Positions 38,043 through 49,304 are shown, counted from the stretch's first letter. The stretch is DNA of 64,000 bases from an uncultured Rikenellaceae bacterium (GCA_964633195.1 CAZWFL010000015.1:12764-76763); one strand, 5' to 3'. The notes: a model not told the origin generated them from the sequence alone. Numbers and translations are program-made.

Positions 38043-40724
38043 ATGAAGCATCCGCTGATCCTGTCCCTCCTCCTTGTATTACTGCCCCTCTCCTCAGGGG
38101 CTCAGGTGATAAAGGGGAAGGTAACTGACAGATCGGGTTTACCCGTTCCCTATGCAACCGTATATATACAGGAGCTCAGGCTGGGAACCACGGCGAACAT
38201 ACGGGGTGACTATGAATTGAAACTGCCTCCCGGGAAATACCTGCTCATTTGCCAGAGCCTTGGCTATGAACCGGTCTTCGCCGATATTACTCTTGATGAA
38301 GACACTGTGATCCGCGACTTCGTCCTTCCCGAACAATTTTATGAAATACCCGAGGTCCGGATAACCGCTTCGGGAGAGAACCCGGCTTATAGTATCATGA
38401 GGAGGGCCATAGGAATGGCTCCCTATTACCTGAATCATGTAAGCTCCTATAAGGCAGACGTCTATCTTAAAGGCAACCTGCTGATAAACAGGATACCCAG
38501 AATAATGGAGAGAGCCATAAAAATGGAGGCGAGAAGCAGTTCATCAGGCACTACGGTCAGCAGTAACAGGATTAAGGAGGGAGACTCCTACTTCATGGAG
38601 TCATTTAATGAAATAGAATATACTGCACCGGATAAGTATGTGCAGAAAGTGATCTCTGTCAATTCAACATTCCCTGACGAGGGTAATGAGATCTCCCCGA
38701 TGGATTACATACAGGCCAGCCTCTATCAGCCAATTATTGCCGACGTAGCAATCTCACCCCTCTCTCCCGAAGCTTTTTCACACTATAACTATAGCTATCT
38801 GGGGTCCTCTCCTCAGGGCAACTATATCATAAACAAGATCGAAGTAAAACCCAAAAGAAAAAGTCAGCAGCTTTTCGGGGGCACTATTTATATTATTGAG
38901 GATCTCTGGTGCCTCCACAGCGTTGATCTGACGAACGAGAATATTGTGGGCAGGATAAGGATGCAGCAGCTCTATATACCTGTTGAACAGGAGATATGGA
39001 TGCCGGTAAGCTTTAAGTTTGACATTAATATAGGTATTCTTGGATTCAGGGCCGATGTCAGCTATGGAAGCTCCGTCAAGTACAGGGAAGTGATCCCTAA
39101 CCTTTCTCTTCCCAAACCTTCGGGTATCGCTTCTGATATAAGGATAAGAAATATCGATCCGGACACTGTTTCCTCAAAAACCAGGCAGGATATTGAGAGG
39201 ATCCTTCAGAAAGAGGAGCTCACCAACCGCGACATGGTGAGGCTTTCGAGGCTTATGGATAAGGAATCGCAAGAGAGTATCGACGACACGATAAGAAAAA
39301 ACCTTGAGATAACAGACAGAACAACTTATATCTTTCACAGGGACTCGGTAAAACGCGACAGTGCATGGTGGGCCGGGATCAGGCCTGTTCCGCTCTCGGA
39401 GATTGAACAGCAGAGCATCTCACGAAGTGACAGCCTGAAAGCCGCTTCCAGGGAGGGGTTGGTAACACGAAATGATACTCTCCGGAGAGGGAGAGAATCA
39501 GGAAAGGGTACTGTTACTCTCAGGAGAATAGTTATAGGACATACATGGAGTAATCAGAACGGTTTAAGATTCACAAACGGAGGCCTTGTCAACCTGCAGA
39601 AATTATCCTTCAACACTGTTGATGGCCTCGTCTACGGAACTGATTTCAGGATCTCCAGGAGATGGGAAGATAAGGGAACCCTTTCCCTCTATCCTGATCT
39701 CAGGTGGGCCTTCAGCAGGAAGGCACTGCTCTGGAGCCTGAACACGAATTATTCCTTCAGCGGCCTGAACCAGCAACAGATCTATATCAGGGGAGGTGTT
39801 ACAAGCAGGGATCTTAATAACAATGGCGGAATAAATCCCTTTCTCAACAGCATCACATCTCTCATATTCAAAAATAATTATCTTAAACTATATGAAGGCA
39901 GATACATTACCGCAGGTTACACCACTGCAGTTACCAATGGACTTAATCTGGAGCTTTCAGCTGGTTTTGAGGACCGGAGAGTACTTGAAAACACAACTTC
40001 CTTTTCACTCTCTTCCTCAGCACGTGACTATTCTTTAAACATGCCTGTAAACGAATATCTTGATCCTGCATCTGATCCTCTGCACTGGCTGAGGGACCAG
40101 AAACACGGAATGCTTACTGCCAGTGTCACCTATACGCCACGGCAAAGATACCGGGTGTCAGGCGGGAGGAAGATACCCGCAGGCTCAGACTGGCCGACCT
40201 TCAGATTAACATGGCAGCACGGGATAAACGGATTATCCGACCCTGAAGAGAATAACAGTCATTTTGACATGTTCAGGCTCGAAATAAACCGCAGGCGTGA
40301 AACAGGTGCTTTTACAACCTTTTCATGGAGGATCAGGACAGGAGTGTTTGCAGACAACAGGAATGTAACATGGTATGATTTCTTCCATTTCAATTCCCAA
40401 CCGCTTCCCCTGCTGCTTGACAACTATCAGGATATTTTCCGGTTGCCGGCCTACTATTCACTCAGCACTCCCGAATTGTTCGGAGAAATTCATATGAGAT
40501 ACACGACTCCCTATCTGGTGTTTAAGCTTATTCCGGGGCTCAGCAACACCCTGATGAGGGAAAATCTCACTCTCTCTTTTCTGGGCACACGATACCGGCC
40601 GGCATATACCGAGTTAGGCTATACAATGAGTGAAATCTTCCTTGTTGGAGAGGCAGGGATCTGGGCAGGGTTTGACAATCTGAAATTCAGGAGTATCGGT
40701 TTTAAGATAATCCTGAATATTTAA
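38043..40724 (+). CDS. CarboxypepD_reg-like domain plus DUF5686-type outer-membrane protein
   Basis: Signal peptide, then the GKVTDRSGLPVPYATVYI carboxypeptidase-regulatory-like fold, then a large beta-rich region. The longest ORF begins at the TTG at 38031. I prefer the ATG at 38043. Confidence 0.65.
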   Translation: MKHPLILSLLLVLLPLSSGAQVIKGKVTDRSGLPVPYATVYIQELRLGTTANIRGDYELKLPPGKYLLICQSLGYEPVFADITLDEDTVIRDFVLPEQFYEIPEVRITASGENPAYSIMRRAIGMAPYYLNHVSSYKADVYLKGNLLINRIPRIMERAIKMEARSSSSGTTVSSNRIKEGDSYFMESFNEIEYTAPDKYVQKVISVNSTFPDEGNEISPMDYIQASLYQPIIADVAISPLSPEAFSHYNYSYLGSSPQGNYIINKIEVKPKRKSQQLFGGTIYIIEDLWCLHSVDLTNENIVGRIRMQQLYIPVEQEIWMPVSFKFDINIGILGFRADVSYGSSVKYREVIPNLSLPKPSGIASDIRIRNIDPDTVSSKTRQDIERILQKEELTNRDMVRLSRLMDKESQESIDDTIRKNLEITDRTTYIFHRDSVKRDSAWWAGIRPVPLSEIEQQSISRSDSLKAASREGLVTRNDTLRRGRESGKGTVTLRRIVIGHTWSNQNGLRFTNGGLVNLQKLSFNTVDGLVYGTDFRISRRWEDKGTLSLYPDLRWAFSRKALLWSLNTNYSFSGLNQQQIYIRGGVTSRDLNNNGGINPFLNSITSLIFKNNYLKLYEGRYITAGYTTAVTNGLNLELSAGFEDRRVLENTTSFSLSSSARDYSLNMPVNEYLDPASDPLHWLRDQKHGMLTASVTYTPRQRYRVSGGRKIPAGSDWPTFRLTWQHGINGLSDPEENNSHFDMFRLEINRRRETGAFTTFSWRIRTGVFADNRNVTWYDFFHFNSQPLPLLLDNYQDIFRLPAYYSLSTPELFGEIHMRYTTPYLVFKLIPGLSNTLMRENLTLSFLGTRYRPAYTELGYTMSEIFLVGEAGIWAGFDNLKFRSIGFKIILNI

Positions 40725-40745
40725 AAATATTCACTGAAACGGCAA

Positions 40746-42272
40746 TCAGGCAAACGGAGGCTCATTATCGATATCATTTTCCGCATCAAATCCTCCTCCG
40801 GGTCTTCTCAGCTTATCGTGATTCATCTTGGAGCCGATGGTTATACTCTGTGCCGATTCCCTGAATTCCGGGCTAAGGTCTATTTCAAAATCGTCAATAT
40901 CAACAAACTGCGCCCTCTCCTCACGGAATCGCAGCCTCACATCATCCACAGGTCCGTTACGGTTCTTTGCCAGTATTATTTCAGCAATCCCTTTTGTTGA
41001 GGTACCGTCTTCGAAGGTTGGTATACCGAATTTATCCTGCCTGTGAATAAAAACGACCATATCGGCATCCTGCTCTATTGCCCCCGATTCGCGCAGGTCA
41101 GAAAGCAGGGGACGCTTGGTGCCACCACGCATCTCGACCGACCTGTTAAGCTGTGACAGGGCCAGAATCGGAACATTAAGCTCCTTGGCTATACTCTTTA
41201 ACGACCGCGAGATGTTACTGACCTCCTGCTCGCGGCTGCCGGCATTTTCAGGCCCCGACATCAGCTGGAGATAGTCAACGATCACTATATCGAGCTTATG
41301 CTGGGCGACCAGACGACGGCATTTTGCCCTTAACTCAAAAATTGAGATTGCAGGAGTATCGTCTATAAATACAGGAGCCTGTACCAGCTTTTTTATCCTT
41401 GTGTCAAGCTGTTTCCACTCCTCTTCGGAAAGGCGGCCATTCTTGATCTTGTCTCCAGGGATATCTGTTTCTGCAATAATCAGTCTGTTTACAAGCTGGA
41501 TAGATGACATTTCGCAGGAGAAAATGGCTACTCGTTTTCCATGATCAATAGCCATATTACGGGCCATAGAGAGTGCAAAGGCGGTTTTTCCCATCGAGGG
41601 ACGGGCCGCAATTATTATAAGTTCCGATTTCTGCCAGCCCGAGGTAAGCCTGTCAAGCTTTGTGAATCCCGAAGGTATACCAACAAGAGCGTCCTCTCTC
41701 TTGCCTGCCTCTTCTATCTCCCTTATAGCCTCTTTCAGTACAATATTTATCGGAGAGACCTCCCTTTTAATATTGCCTTCAGCTATCTGGAAGAGAGCAT
41801 TTTCGGAATAATCAAGAAGTTCAGTAACATCGTAGGTATCATCGAAAGATCTGTTCTGTATCTCGGTGGAAACCCTTATCAGCTCACGCTGAATGTATTT
41901 CTGGGCCACGATACGTGCATGATAATCAACGTTGGCTGCCGACACCACCTTTGACGTGAGCTGGGTGAGATAAACAGGCCCACCCACGCTGTCCAGTTCG
42001 TTATGAGCCCTCAGATCATCGGTAACCGTATAAAGGTCAACCGGATACTCCTTCGAGGACAGATCCGAGATCGACTTGAAAATCCGCTGATGAGCCTCCT
42101 TGTAAAAGCTCTCGGGCCTCAGTATATCAAGAATTGTGATCACTGCCTCTTTCTCAAGCATAATTGCCCCCAATACTGCCTCCTCCATGTCAATAGCCTG
42201 AGGTGGTACTTTCCCAAAATCCGGAAGAGCGGCAATAACCTGCCGCGAGCTGGTTTTTTGTTTTGCCATCAA
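40746..42272 (-). CDS. dnaB: Replicative DNA helicase
   Basis: N-terminal DnaB domain (PPQAIDMEEAVLGAIM). Walker A ARPSMGKTAF and Walker B IVDYLQLM. No intein. Confidence 0.96.
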   Translation of the reverse strand: MMAKQKTSSRQVIAALPDFGKVPPQAIDMEEAVLGAIMLEKEAVITILDILRPESFYKEAHQRIFKSISDLSSKEYPVDLYTVTDDLRAHNELDSVGGPVYLTQLTSKVVSAANVDYHARIVAQKYIQRELIRVSTEIQNRSFDDTYDVTELLDYSENALFQIAEGNIKREVSPINIVLKEAIREIEEAGKREDALVGIPSGFTKLDRLTSGWQKSELIIIAARPSMGKTAFALSMARNMAIDHGKRVAIFSCEMSSIQLVNRLIIAETDIPGDKIKNGRLSEEEWKQLDTRIKKLVQAPVFIDDTPAISIFELRAKCRRLVAQHKLDIVIVDYLQLMSGPENAGSREQEVSNISRSLKSIAKELNVPILALSQLNRSVEMRGGTKRPLLSDLRESGAIEQDADMVVFIHRQDKFGIPTFEDGTSTKGIAEIILAKNRNGPVDDVRLRFREERAQFVDIDDFEIDLSPEFRESAQSITIGSKMNHDKLRRPGGGFDAENDIDNEPPFA

Positions 42273-42477
42273 TCCTATATAGGTGATTTATAGATAAATA
42301 GAAGATCCAAAACTGCAACCGCAGTACCTCCAAAGGTATGAATAAGGGAATTCAATAATCAATCAGGATCCTCTTTTATTACAAACAAAGTGATGTTAAA
42401 AACTTGTTGAAAACCAGAAAGGGAGAATTATCCTGTTATCTTTGAGGCCTGAGGTTTTTAATATGTAAGGAATTAAA

Positions 42478-43296
42478 ATGATTGGTTTCCCGAAAGCCAA
42501 GATCAATATCGGCCTGCGGATCACAGGAAAGCGTGGCGATGGCTATCATAATATTGAGACCATATTCCATCCTGTTGATCTCAGCGATGCCCTTGAGATT
42601 GTTGGGGCTGAAGATGAAACGACTGATGACACCATAACAGTTACCGGCATCAATCCTGGTGTCGGAACCACTGACAACCTGGTGATAAGGGCTATTGGGG
42701 CTTTGCGCCAGAAACATAATATTCCTGCCCTGAATATTCACCTGCACAAGGTTATCCCTGCGGGTGCCGGTCTTGGGGGAGGATCATCAGATGCTGCATG
42801 CACTCTGATGACCCTTAACCGGCAATTCAGACTCCTGCTCCATCCCTCCGAACTCAGAACTATTGCTCTGGAACTGGGAAGCGACTGTCCCTTCTTCATC
42901 AATCCGGTTCCCTCATATGCTACGGGCAGAGGAGAGATACTGATACCGGTAATGCCTTTAAATAAGGAATATTTTATTATACTCCTCAATCACGGCATGG
43001 GTATCAATACGAAGGAGGCTTATGATAACTGCAAGCCTGCAATACCTTCAGAAAGCCTGATTTATCTCTATAATCGTCCGGTCGCTGAATGGAAAGATCT
43101 TATTTATAATGATTTCGAGGAGTATGTTTTCAGGAAACATCCGTTAACACGTGAATTTAAGCAGGTCCTGTACGATTCCGGAGCACTCTTCAGTTCCATG
43201 TCGGGCAGTGGTTCCACCGTTTATGGAATTTTTGACCGTGAGCCCGATTTGCCGGGGGAGATAACAAAATATATTATCTACAGGGGTTTGATGTAA
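42478..43296 (+). CDS. ispE: 4-diphosphocytidyl-2-C-methyl-D-erythritol kinase
   Basis: KINIGLRI.. start and GHMP kinase motif PAGAGLGGGSSDAA. Confidence 0.92.
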   Translation: MIGFPKAKINIGLRITGKRGDGYHNIETIFHPVDLSDALEIVGAEDETTDDTITVTGINPGVGTTDNLVIRAIGALRQKHNIPALNIHLHKVIPAGAGLGGGSSDAACTLMTLNRQFRLLLHPSELRTIALELGSDCPFFINPVPSYATGRGEILIPVMPLNKEYFIILLNHGMGINTKEAYDNCKPAIPSESLIYLYNRPVAEWKDLIYNDFEEYVFRKHPLTREFKQVLYDSGALFSSMSGSGSTVYGIFDREPDLPGEITKYIIYRGLM

Positions 43297-43614
43297 TCAC
43301 TCCATCTCCAGGAGGAGCCTCCCTTTGGACACCTTCTCTCCTTTACTGACAGCAATACATTTTATTTTTCCGTTAACCTTACTCTTAAGGATATTCTGCA
43401 TCTTCATGGCGTCGAGGATGATCAGATCGTCACCTTCCCTCACCTCCTGTCCCGTTTCGACCAAAATCTCGAGTATGGTTCCCGGTATAAAGCTGGAGAT
43501 TATCCTGGGATCAGCAGGCCTGTATGGCTTTCTGGCAGCAAATTTACCGCTTATATTCGTTTTATAAAGGGTGGTATCAATATTGAGTAAGCCGGGATTT
43601 TCAGTTTTTTCCAT
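43297..43614 (-). CDS. Biotin carboxyl carrier (biotinyl domain) protein
   Basis: AMKM biotinylation motif (LDAMKMQN) in a 105-aa protein immediately downstream of the carboxyltransferase. Confidence 0.85.
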   Translation of the reverse strand: MEKTENPGLLNIDTTLYKTNISGKFAARKPYRPADPRIISSFIPGTILEILVETGQEVREGDDLIILDAMKMQNILKSKVNGKIKCIAVSKGEKVSKGRLLLEME

Positions 43615-43646
43615 AATTTGTTTCTTTAATCAGACCCTGGCAAAGG

Positions 43647-45191
43647 TCAGAATGGAGGCAGCCCATGTTTCTTTGACGGCATTGTTACATCTTTGTTGTC
43701 AGATATTTCTATACCGTGCAGCAGGAATTTCCTTGTCTCACCGGGTTCAATTACTGCATCAATATATCCTCTTGAGGCTGCCACATAGGGATTTGCGAAC
43801 TTAGCCTTATACTCTTCGACTTTCTGTTTTCTTGTCCCGTCCGGATCGTCTGATGATAATATCTCCTTCCTGAAGATGATATTAGCAGCCCCTTCCGGAC
43901 CCATCACGGCAATCTCTGCCGTCGGCCATGCAAAAACAAAGTCGGCCCGCAGATGTCTTGAACCCATGGCAATGTAACCGCCGCCGTATGCTTTCCTGAG
44001 TATCACTGTCAGTTTCGGCACTGTGGCTTCACTGTATGCGTACAGCACTTTGGCTCCGTGCCTGATCACACCGGCATGCTCCTGATCAACACCCGGAAGA
44101 TAGCCCGGAAGATCAACCAGCGTTATAATCGGAACATTGAATGAATCGCAGTACCGTATGAACCTTGCAGCCTTGTCTGATGAATCCACATCAAGGACGC
44201 CTGCCATTTCAAGGGGCTGATTGGCAACAAATCCTATTGTCCTGCCTCCCATCCTGCCAAACCCGATCACGATATTACGGGCATAATGCTCCATTATCTC
44301 GAAGAAATCCGATTTATCCACTATTGCCCGTATAACGTCCCTGACATCATAAGGAAGAGTTGGGTCATCAGGGACGATTTTATCTATCCGGTATTCCTGA
44401 TCAGGTTCTCCGGGGTCAAACATTTTCGCCTTACGGCTGTTGTTCCAGGGAATGAAAGTGATCAGTTTTTTAATCTGCTCAAAACACTCCTCCTCTGTTT
44501 TCGCATAGAAATGAGCGTTCCCGGTTATCTCACTGTGAACCTTAGCACCGCCGAGATCTTCCATTGAGATCTCCTCCCCCAGAACCGTCCTTATTACCTC
44601 GGGGCCTGTTATGAACATCTTGGATATGTTTTCGACCACAAAAACGAAATCGGTAAGGGCAGGTGAGTAAACAGCTCCTCCGGCACATGGTCCCAGGATT
44701 ACCGACAGTTGTGGTATTACCCCGCTCGAGATGGTGTTTCTGAAGAATATCTCACCATATCCTGCCAGGGAGTTGACGCCTTCCTGAATCCTGGCTCCTC
44801 CGGAATCGTTTATTCCTATCAGGGGTATTTTCATTTTCAGGGCATGGTCCATTATCTTTGTGATCTTTCTCGAATGCATAAGTCCGAGCGATCCTCCTGC
44901 CACAGTAAAATCCTGTGCAAAAATTGCCACAGGGGCACCATAAACTGTTCCTGTGCCTATCACCACCCCGTCGCTCGGGAGGCTCTTCTTATCCATGTCA
45001 AAATCCCTTGCATCATGCTCGACAAAAAGGTCATACTCACTGAAGGAACCCTCATCAAGCAGAGACAGAATACGTTCACGGGCAGTACGCTTGCCGAGAG
45101 CTTTCTGCTTCTCAATGGCCTGCTCTCCGCCGCCGAGGAGTATCTTCTCGCGTTTCTCCTTAAGTTCCCGGATCTTCTTTTCCAGTGGCAT
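43647..45191 (-). CDS. Methylmalonyl-CoA / propionyl-CoA carboxyltransferase subunit
   Basis: Carboxyl-transferase family sequence over the full length. I prefer the ATG at 45191 (MPLEKKIRELKEKRE..) over the GTG at 45230. Confidence 0.9.
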   Translation of the reverse strand: MPLEKKIRELKEKREKILLGGGEQAIEKQKALGKRTARERILSLLDEGSFSEYDLFVEHDARDFDMDKKSLPSDGVVIGTGTVYGAPVAIFAQDFTVAGGSLGLMHSRKITKIMDHALKMKIPLIGINDSGGARIQEGVNSLAGYGEIFFRNTISSGVIPQLSVILGPCAGGAVYSPALTDFVFVVENISKMFITGPEVIRTVLGEEISMEDLGGAKVHSEITGNAHFYAKTEEECFEQIKKLITFIPWNNSRKAKMFDPGEPDQEYRIDKIVPDDPTLPYDVRDVIRAIVDKSDFFEIMEHYARNIVIGFGRMGGRTIGFVANQPLEMAGVLDVDSSDKAARFIRYCDSFNVPIITLVDLPGYLPGVDQEHAGVIRHGAKVLYAYSEATVPKLTVILRKAYGGGYIAMGSRHLRADFVFAWPTAEIAVMGPEGAANIIFRKEILSSDDPDGTRKQKVEEYKAKFANPYVAASRGYIDAVIEPGETRKFLLHGIEISDNKDVTMPSKKHGLPPF

Positions 45192-45272
45192 ATCTTTGAT
45201 TTTTAAAGTTAAATGAATATTGCCGGCCACAAATTAAACCACAAGTTTAATTAAATAGAATGATTTTAGACA

Positions 45273-46355
45273 CTATTTTGGGGCAATCCTGTATAATGCC
45301 AGTGCTATTACGGAATAAATGATGTTAGGTATCCAGTTAGCCAGCATGGGATCCAGGTTCCCCTTGAGAGAAAACTGCGATGAGAATTGCAGAAAGAGTA
45401 TGTATGTAAAACTCAGGGCAAGCCCTACTCCTATGTTCATACCTATACCTCCCCTGACCTTCCTCGATGATAATGAGACTCCGATCAGAGTGAGGATAAA
45501 CACTGCGAACGGGCTGGCAAGGCGCCTGTGTTTCTCTATCAGAAAAAGCTTTATTTCGTCGGAGCTCTGAAGCTCAAGAAGATTAATATAATCATTCAGT
45601 TCGTTATAGGTCATCGTTCCCACAAAACTTGGGTCCCTTGCCAGGTCTTCAGGCCTGATCGTCAAAGCCGTATCGATCTGAAGTCCTTTTGTTATGATCT
45701 CTCCGTTGCCCGTCATCTCCCTTATGAGGTAATTTCCTGCCGTCCATTTCTGCGCTACCGTATCCCACCTGATCCATACCGAGGAGAATTTTGACTGCAG
45801 TAGTCCTTCCTCATCAAATTTTTCTATTGTAAAATTGCGTCCCGAAAGGCTTATCGGATTGAACGACTCCATGTAGACATAAACATTCCTGTGAATCTGC
45901 CTGTGAATATTCATAACCTGTATTCTCTGCCTTGAGGGCCTGTAATACTTGTCCTCAAAAGTAATCCGGTTAAGATTTGCATGAGGAATAACAAAATTTG
46001 TCAGAAGAAAGGTAAAGATTGCAATCACGAGGGCAGAGATGAAGTATGGCCACATCATCCTCCTGTAGCTCATTCCGCTGTTCAGTATTGCAATTATTTC
46101 AGTGTTTACCGCCATCTTTGAGGTAAAGAATATCACCGAGATGAACACGAAAAGAGGTGCAAAAAGGATGGCAAAATAGGGAATGAAGTTTACGTAGTAA
46201 TCAAATATTATGGCTTTTGCAGGGGCCTCATGTTCCATGAAATTGTCGATCTTCTCGGCAAAATCAAAAACCACGGCGATGGTGAGGATCAGAACAAGGC
46301 TGAAAACGAATGTACCCAGGAATTTCCTGATGATATATACATCGATGATTTTCAT
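45273..46355 (-). CDS. LptF/LptG family permease (YjgP/YjgQ)
   Basis: MKIIDVYIIRKFLGTF.. start typical of LptF/G, with six TM segments around a periplasmic beta-jellyroll region. The ATG at 46355 avoids overlap with tgt. Confidence 0.85.
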   Translation of the reverse strand: MKIIDVYIIRKFLGTFVFSLVLILTIAVVFDFAEKIDNFMEHEAPAKAIIFDYYVNFIPYFAILFAPLFVFISVIFFTSKMAVNTEIIAILNSGMSYRRMMWPYFISALVIAIFTFLLTNFVIPHANLNRITFEDKYYRPSRQRIQVMNIHRQIHRNVYVYMESFNPISLSGRNFTIEKFDEEGLLQSKFSSVWIRWDTVAQKWTAGNYLIREMTGNGEIITKGLQIDTALTIRPEDLARDPSFVGTMTYNELNDYINLLELQSSDEIKLFLIEKHRRLASPFAVFILTLIGVSLSSRKVRGGIGMNIGVGLALSFTYILFLQFSSQFSLKGNLDPMLANWIPNIIYSVIALALYRIAPK

Positions 46356-46366
46356 TTTCAGCTCAG

Positions 46367-47494
46367 CTAAAGCCTCGCTGAAATCTTTTTTACTTCTGAT
46401 TCTTTCCATTTTTTAAAATCACCCGTTTCTATCTTTTTACGAGCTCTCTCCATAAGCCGGAGATAAAATGCAAGGTTATGGATACTGGCAATCTGTGATC
46501 CGAGTATCTCTCCCGAAATAACCAGGTGTCTAAGATATGCCTTTGTATAATAAAGGCTTACTGTGGAAGGTCCTTCAGGATCCAGCGGACTGAAATCGGT
46601 GGTCCACTTTTTATTCCTGATATTAATTATGCCTTCGCTGGTAAAAAGCATGCCATTCCGGCCGTTCCTTGTCGGCATAACGCAATCGAACATGTCGATT
46701 CCCCTTTCAACAGCTTCGAGAAGATTGGCCGGAGTGCCGACACCCATTAGGTACCGGGGCTTATCTTCCGGAAGAATTCTGTTTACGACCTCAATTATAC
46801 GGTACATCTCCTCGGCCGGTTCGCCTACGGACAATCCTCCGATAGCATTACCCTCAAGGTCCGCTGATGCAATCTTCTCAGCCGATTCCCTGCGGAGATC
46901 GTCGAAAGTACTGCCCTGTACAATAGGAAAGAGGTGTTGTTTGTTACCCCATAACGGTTCCGTTTCGTTGAACCTCTTAATTGCCCTGTCAAGCCAGTTA
47001 TGCGTCAGTTTTACAGATTTCGCCGCATACCTGTACTCACACGGATAGGGAGCACATTCGTCGAGTGCCATCACTATATCAGCCCCTATTACACGCTGAA
47101 CATCAATAGTGTTTTCCGGAGAAAAGAAGTGCTTTGAACCATCGATATGAGACCTGAAATGAGCTCCCTCATCGGTAAGCTTTCTGTTTCCGGCCAGTGA
47201 GAAGACCTGGTAGCCCCCGCTATCGGTCAGGAGCGGAAGTCCCCAGTTCATAAAGCGGTGCAGCCCCCCGGCTTCTCTTATTATACCTGTGCCGGGCCTG
47301 AGAAACAGGTGATAGGTGTTCCCAAGGATAATGCCTGCCCTGATATCTTCGAGCAGGTCCCTCTGCAATATGCCCTTAACACTGCCGGCTGTACCAACCG
47401 GCATAAAGACCGGTGTCGCGATGTCACCGTGTGGAGTGACAAGAAGCCCCGTGCGGGCACTGGTTTCATTATCCCTGCTCAGAACCTTAAACAT
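46367..47494 (-). CDS. tgt: tRNA-guanine transglycosylase (queuine tRNA-ribosyltransferase)
   Basis: ..TPVFMPVGT.., DSGGYQ, LMGVGTP and a zinc-site region. Confidence 0.96.
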   Translation of the reverse strand: MFKVLSRDNETSARTGLLVTPHGDIATPVFMPVGTAGSVKGILQRDLLEDIRAGIILGNTYHLFLRPGTGIIREAGGLHRFMNWGLPLLTDSGGYQVFSLAGNRKLTDEGAHFRSHIDGSKHFFSPENTIDVQRVIGADIVMALDECAPYPCEYRYAAKSVKLTHNWLDRAIKRFNETEPLWGNKQHLFPIVQGSTFDDLRRESAEKIASADLEGNAIGGLSVGEPAEEMYRIIEVVNRILPEDKPRYLMGVGTPANLLEAVERGIDMFDCVMPTRNGRNGMLFTSEGIINIRNKKWTTDFSPLDPEGPSTVSLYYTKAYLRHLVISGEILGSQIASIHNLAFYLRLMERARKKIETGDFKKWKESEVKKISARL

Positions 47495-47586
47495 TAATTG
47501 TCCGAAATTTTAGTGGCACAAAGGTAATTTATCCGCATCGCAATATAAAATTATTCATTAATATTGCTGCCATAATTGGAAGTCAG

Positions 47587-48717
47587 ATGGCACTCCCTGA
47601 AAATATTTTTCTGTTTGTCCTTTTTTTATTCTTCGGCCTTTCAGCAGCCATTCAGATATTCTTTTATGTTTACTTCTACCTCAAAACCGTTCTTTACAAA
47701 TCTCCTGACCGGTTAAGCGACGGAACACCGGTCTCGGTGATTGTCTGTGCAAGAAATGAGGAGAATAATCTCAGGGAATTTCTTCCTTCCGTACTCGAGC
47801 AGGATTATCCTTCCTATGAGGTAATCGTAGTAAATGATTGTTCAGAGGATAATTCCTTTAATGTTCTCGGAGAATACCTTTCTAAATATCCGCATTTAAA
47901 AGTATCTACAGTTAATAAAGATCCGAAGTTTACTCATAACAAAAAATTTGCCCAGTTCATAGGGATAAAGGCCGCAACGAACGATCTGTTACTTTTTACC
48001 GACGCTGATTGCAAACCGGCTACGTCCAAATGGATCTCAGTAATGGCCTCACACCTGAATGAAGAAACTGATTTTGTGCTTGGATACGGAGGCTATATGG
48101 CCGGGAAAGGATTGCTGAACAGGTATATCAGGTATGATACCATGGTTATAGCTGTTCAGTATTTTGGCATGGCCATCCGCGGTATTCCCTACATGGGAGT
48201 GGGACGTAACCTTGGTTACAAAAAGGACCTTTTCTTCAAAAACAAGGGTTTCGGATCGCACAGCCACCTGATATCAGGGGATGATGACCTGTTTGTCAAC
48301 AAAATAGCCACACGCGGAAATACTGCGGTAGAGTTCAGTCCGGAATCACATACAAGATCAGTTCCGGCTGTAACTCTGGAGGAATGGTTCAAGCAGAAAA
48401 AGAGACATATGACAACGGCTCGTTATTACAGGCCCGGGAGCAAAACCCTGCTGTTACTTGAGCCGGCTTCAAGATTGATAATGTATGCATCATTTTTCAT
48501 TCTGCTGGCAAATCTCTATCTCTGGCCCTTTCTGTCAGCCATTTTTGCAGCAAGGCTGACTCTCCAGCTGATCGTTCTTATTCGTGCCCGGAAAAAGCTG
48601 AACGAGCCGGGATTGGTGCTTTATTCATTATTTTTTGATATCTTTTCGCCTTTAATCAACGGTGTTATTTATGTAAGCAACTTCAGGAACAGACCCGGAA
48701 AGAATTTATGGAAGTAA
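47587..48717 (+). CDS. Family 2 glycosyltransferase, membrane-integrated
   Basis: VSVIVCARNEENNL, DAD motif (FTDADC), an N-terminal TM and C-terminal TM helices. Confidence 0.85.
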   Translation: MALPENIFLFVLFLFFGLSAAIQIFFYVYFYLKTVLYKSPDRLSDGTPVSVIVCARNEENNLREFLPSVLEQDYPSYEVIVVNDCSEDNSFNVLGEYLSKYPHLKVSTVNKDPKFTHNKKFAQFIGIKAATNDLLLFTDADCKPATSKWISVMASHLNEETDFVLGYGGYMAGKGLLNRYIRYDTMVIAVQYFGMAIRGIPYMGVGRNLGYKKDLFFKNKGFGSHSHLISGDDDLFVNKIATRGNTAVEFSPESHTRSVPAVTLEEWFKQKKRHMTTARYYRPGSKTLLLLEPASRLIMYASFFILLANLYLWPFLSAIFAARLTLQLIVLIRARKKLNEPGLVLYSLFFDIFSPLINGVIYVSNFRNRPGKNLWK

Positions 48718-49304
48718 CAAATGGTTTATCGGAAAAGGCAAAAAATGACCTTTTGCTGGTTGAGAAGGCCAGGGCCGGCAGCGAACTTGCTTTCGCCAGT
48801 CTGATGAACCGTTACAGGGATTCTATCTACTACATGCTCCTGAAAATGGTCAACAACCCCTCCGATGCAGAGGACCTTACAATTGAAGCATTCGGAAAGG
48901 CATTCCGTAACCTTGATTCCTTCACTCCCGATTTTGCTTTCAGCACCTGGCTCTTCAAGATCGCAACAAACAACTGCATCGATTTTATCAGGAAAAAGCA
49001 AATTTCACCGTCACCTTTAGACCAGTGGCAGGACGATATAGATAATCTTACGGTAAATATCCAGTCAGACCTTCCCGATCCCGAAGAGTCCCTTATTAAC
49101 GACCAGAAAATTGCCGTCCTGAGAGGAATTGTCAACCAGCTTAAGCCAAGATACAGGACACTTATTGAACTGAGATATTACAAAGAATACTCATACGAGG
49201 AGATCTCATCCGAGCTTAACCTACCCATCGGAACGGTTAAGGCTCAGCTCTACAGGGCAAAATCCCTTCTCTATAACATCTTTACTAAAACAGGTAACAG
49301 ATAG
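48708..49304 (+). CDS. ECF-type sigma-70 family RNA polymerase sigma factor
   Basis: Region 2 (..DAEDLTIEAFGKAF.. FSTWLFKIATNNCIDFIRK) and a region 4 HTH (..YSYEEISSELNLPIGTVKAQLYRAK..). It overlaps the GT2 stop by 10 nt. Confidence 0.9.
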   Translation: MEVTNGLSEKAKNDLLLVEKARAGSELAFASLMNRYRDSIYYMLLKMVNNPSDAEDLTIEAFGKAFRNLDSFTPDFAFSTWLFKIATNNCIDFIRKKQISPSPLDQWQDDIDNLTVNIQSDLPDPEESLINDQKIAVLRGIVNQLKPRYRTLIELRYYKEYSYEEISSELNLPIGTVKAQLYRAKSLLYNIFTKTGNR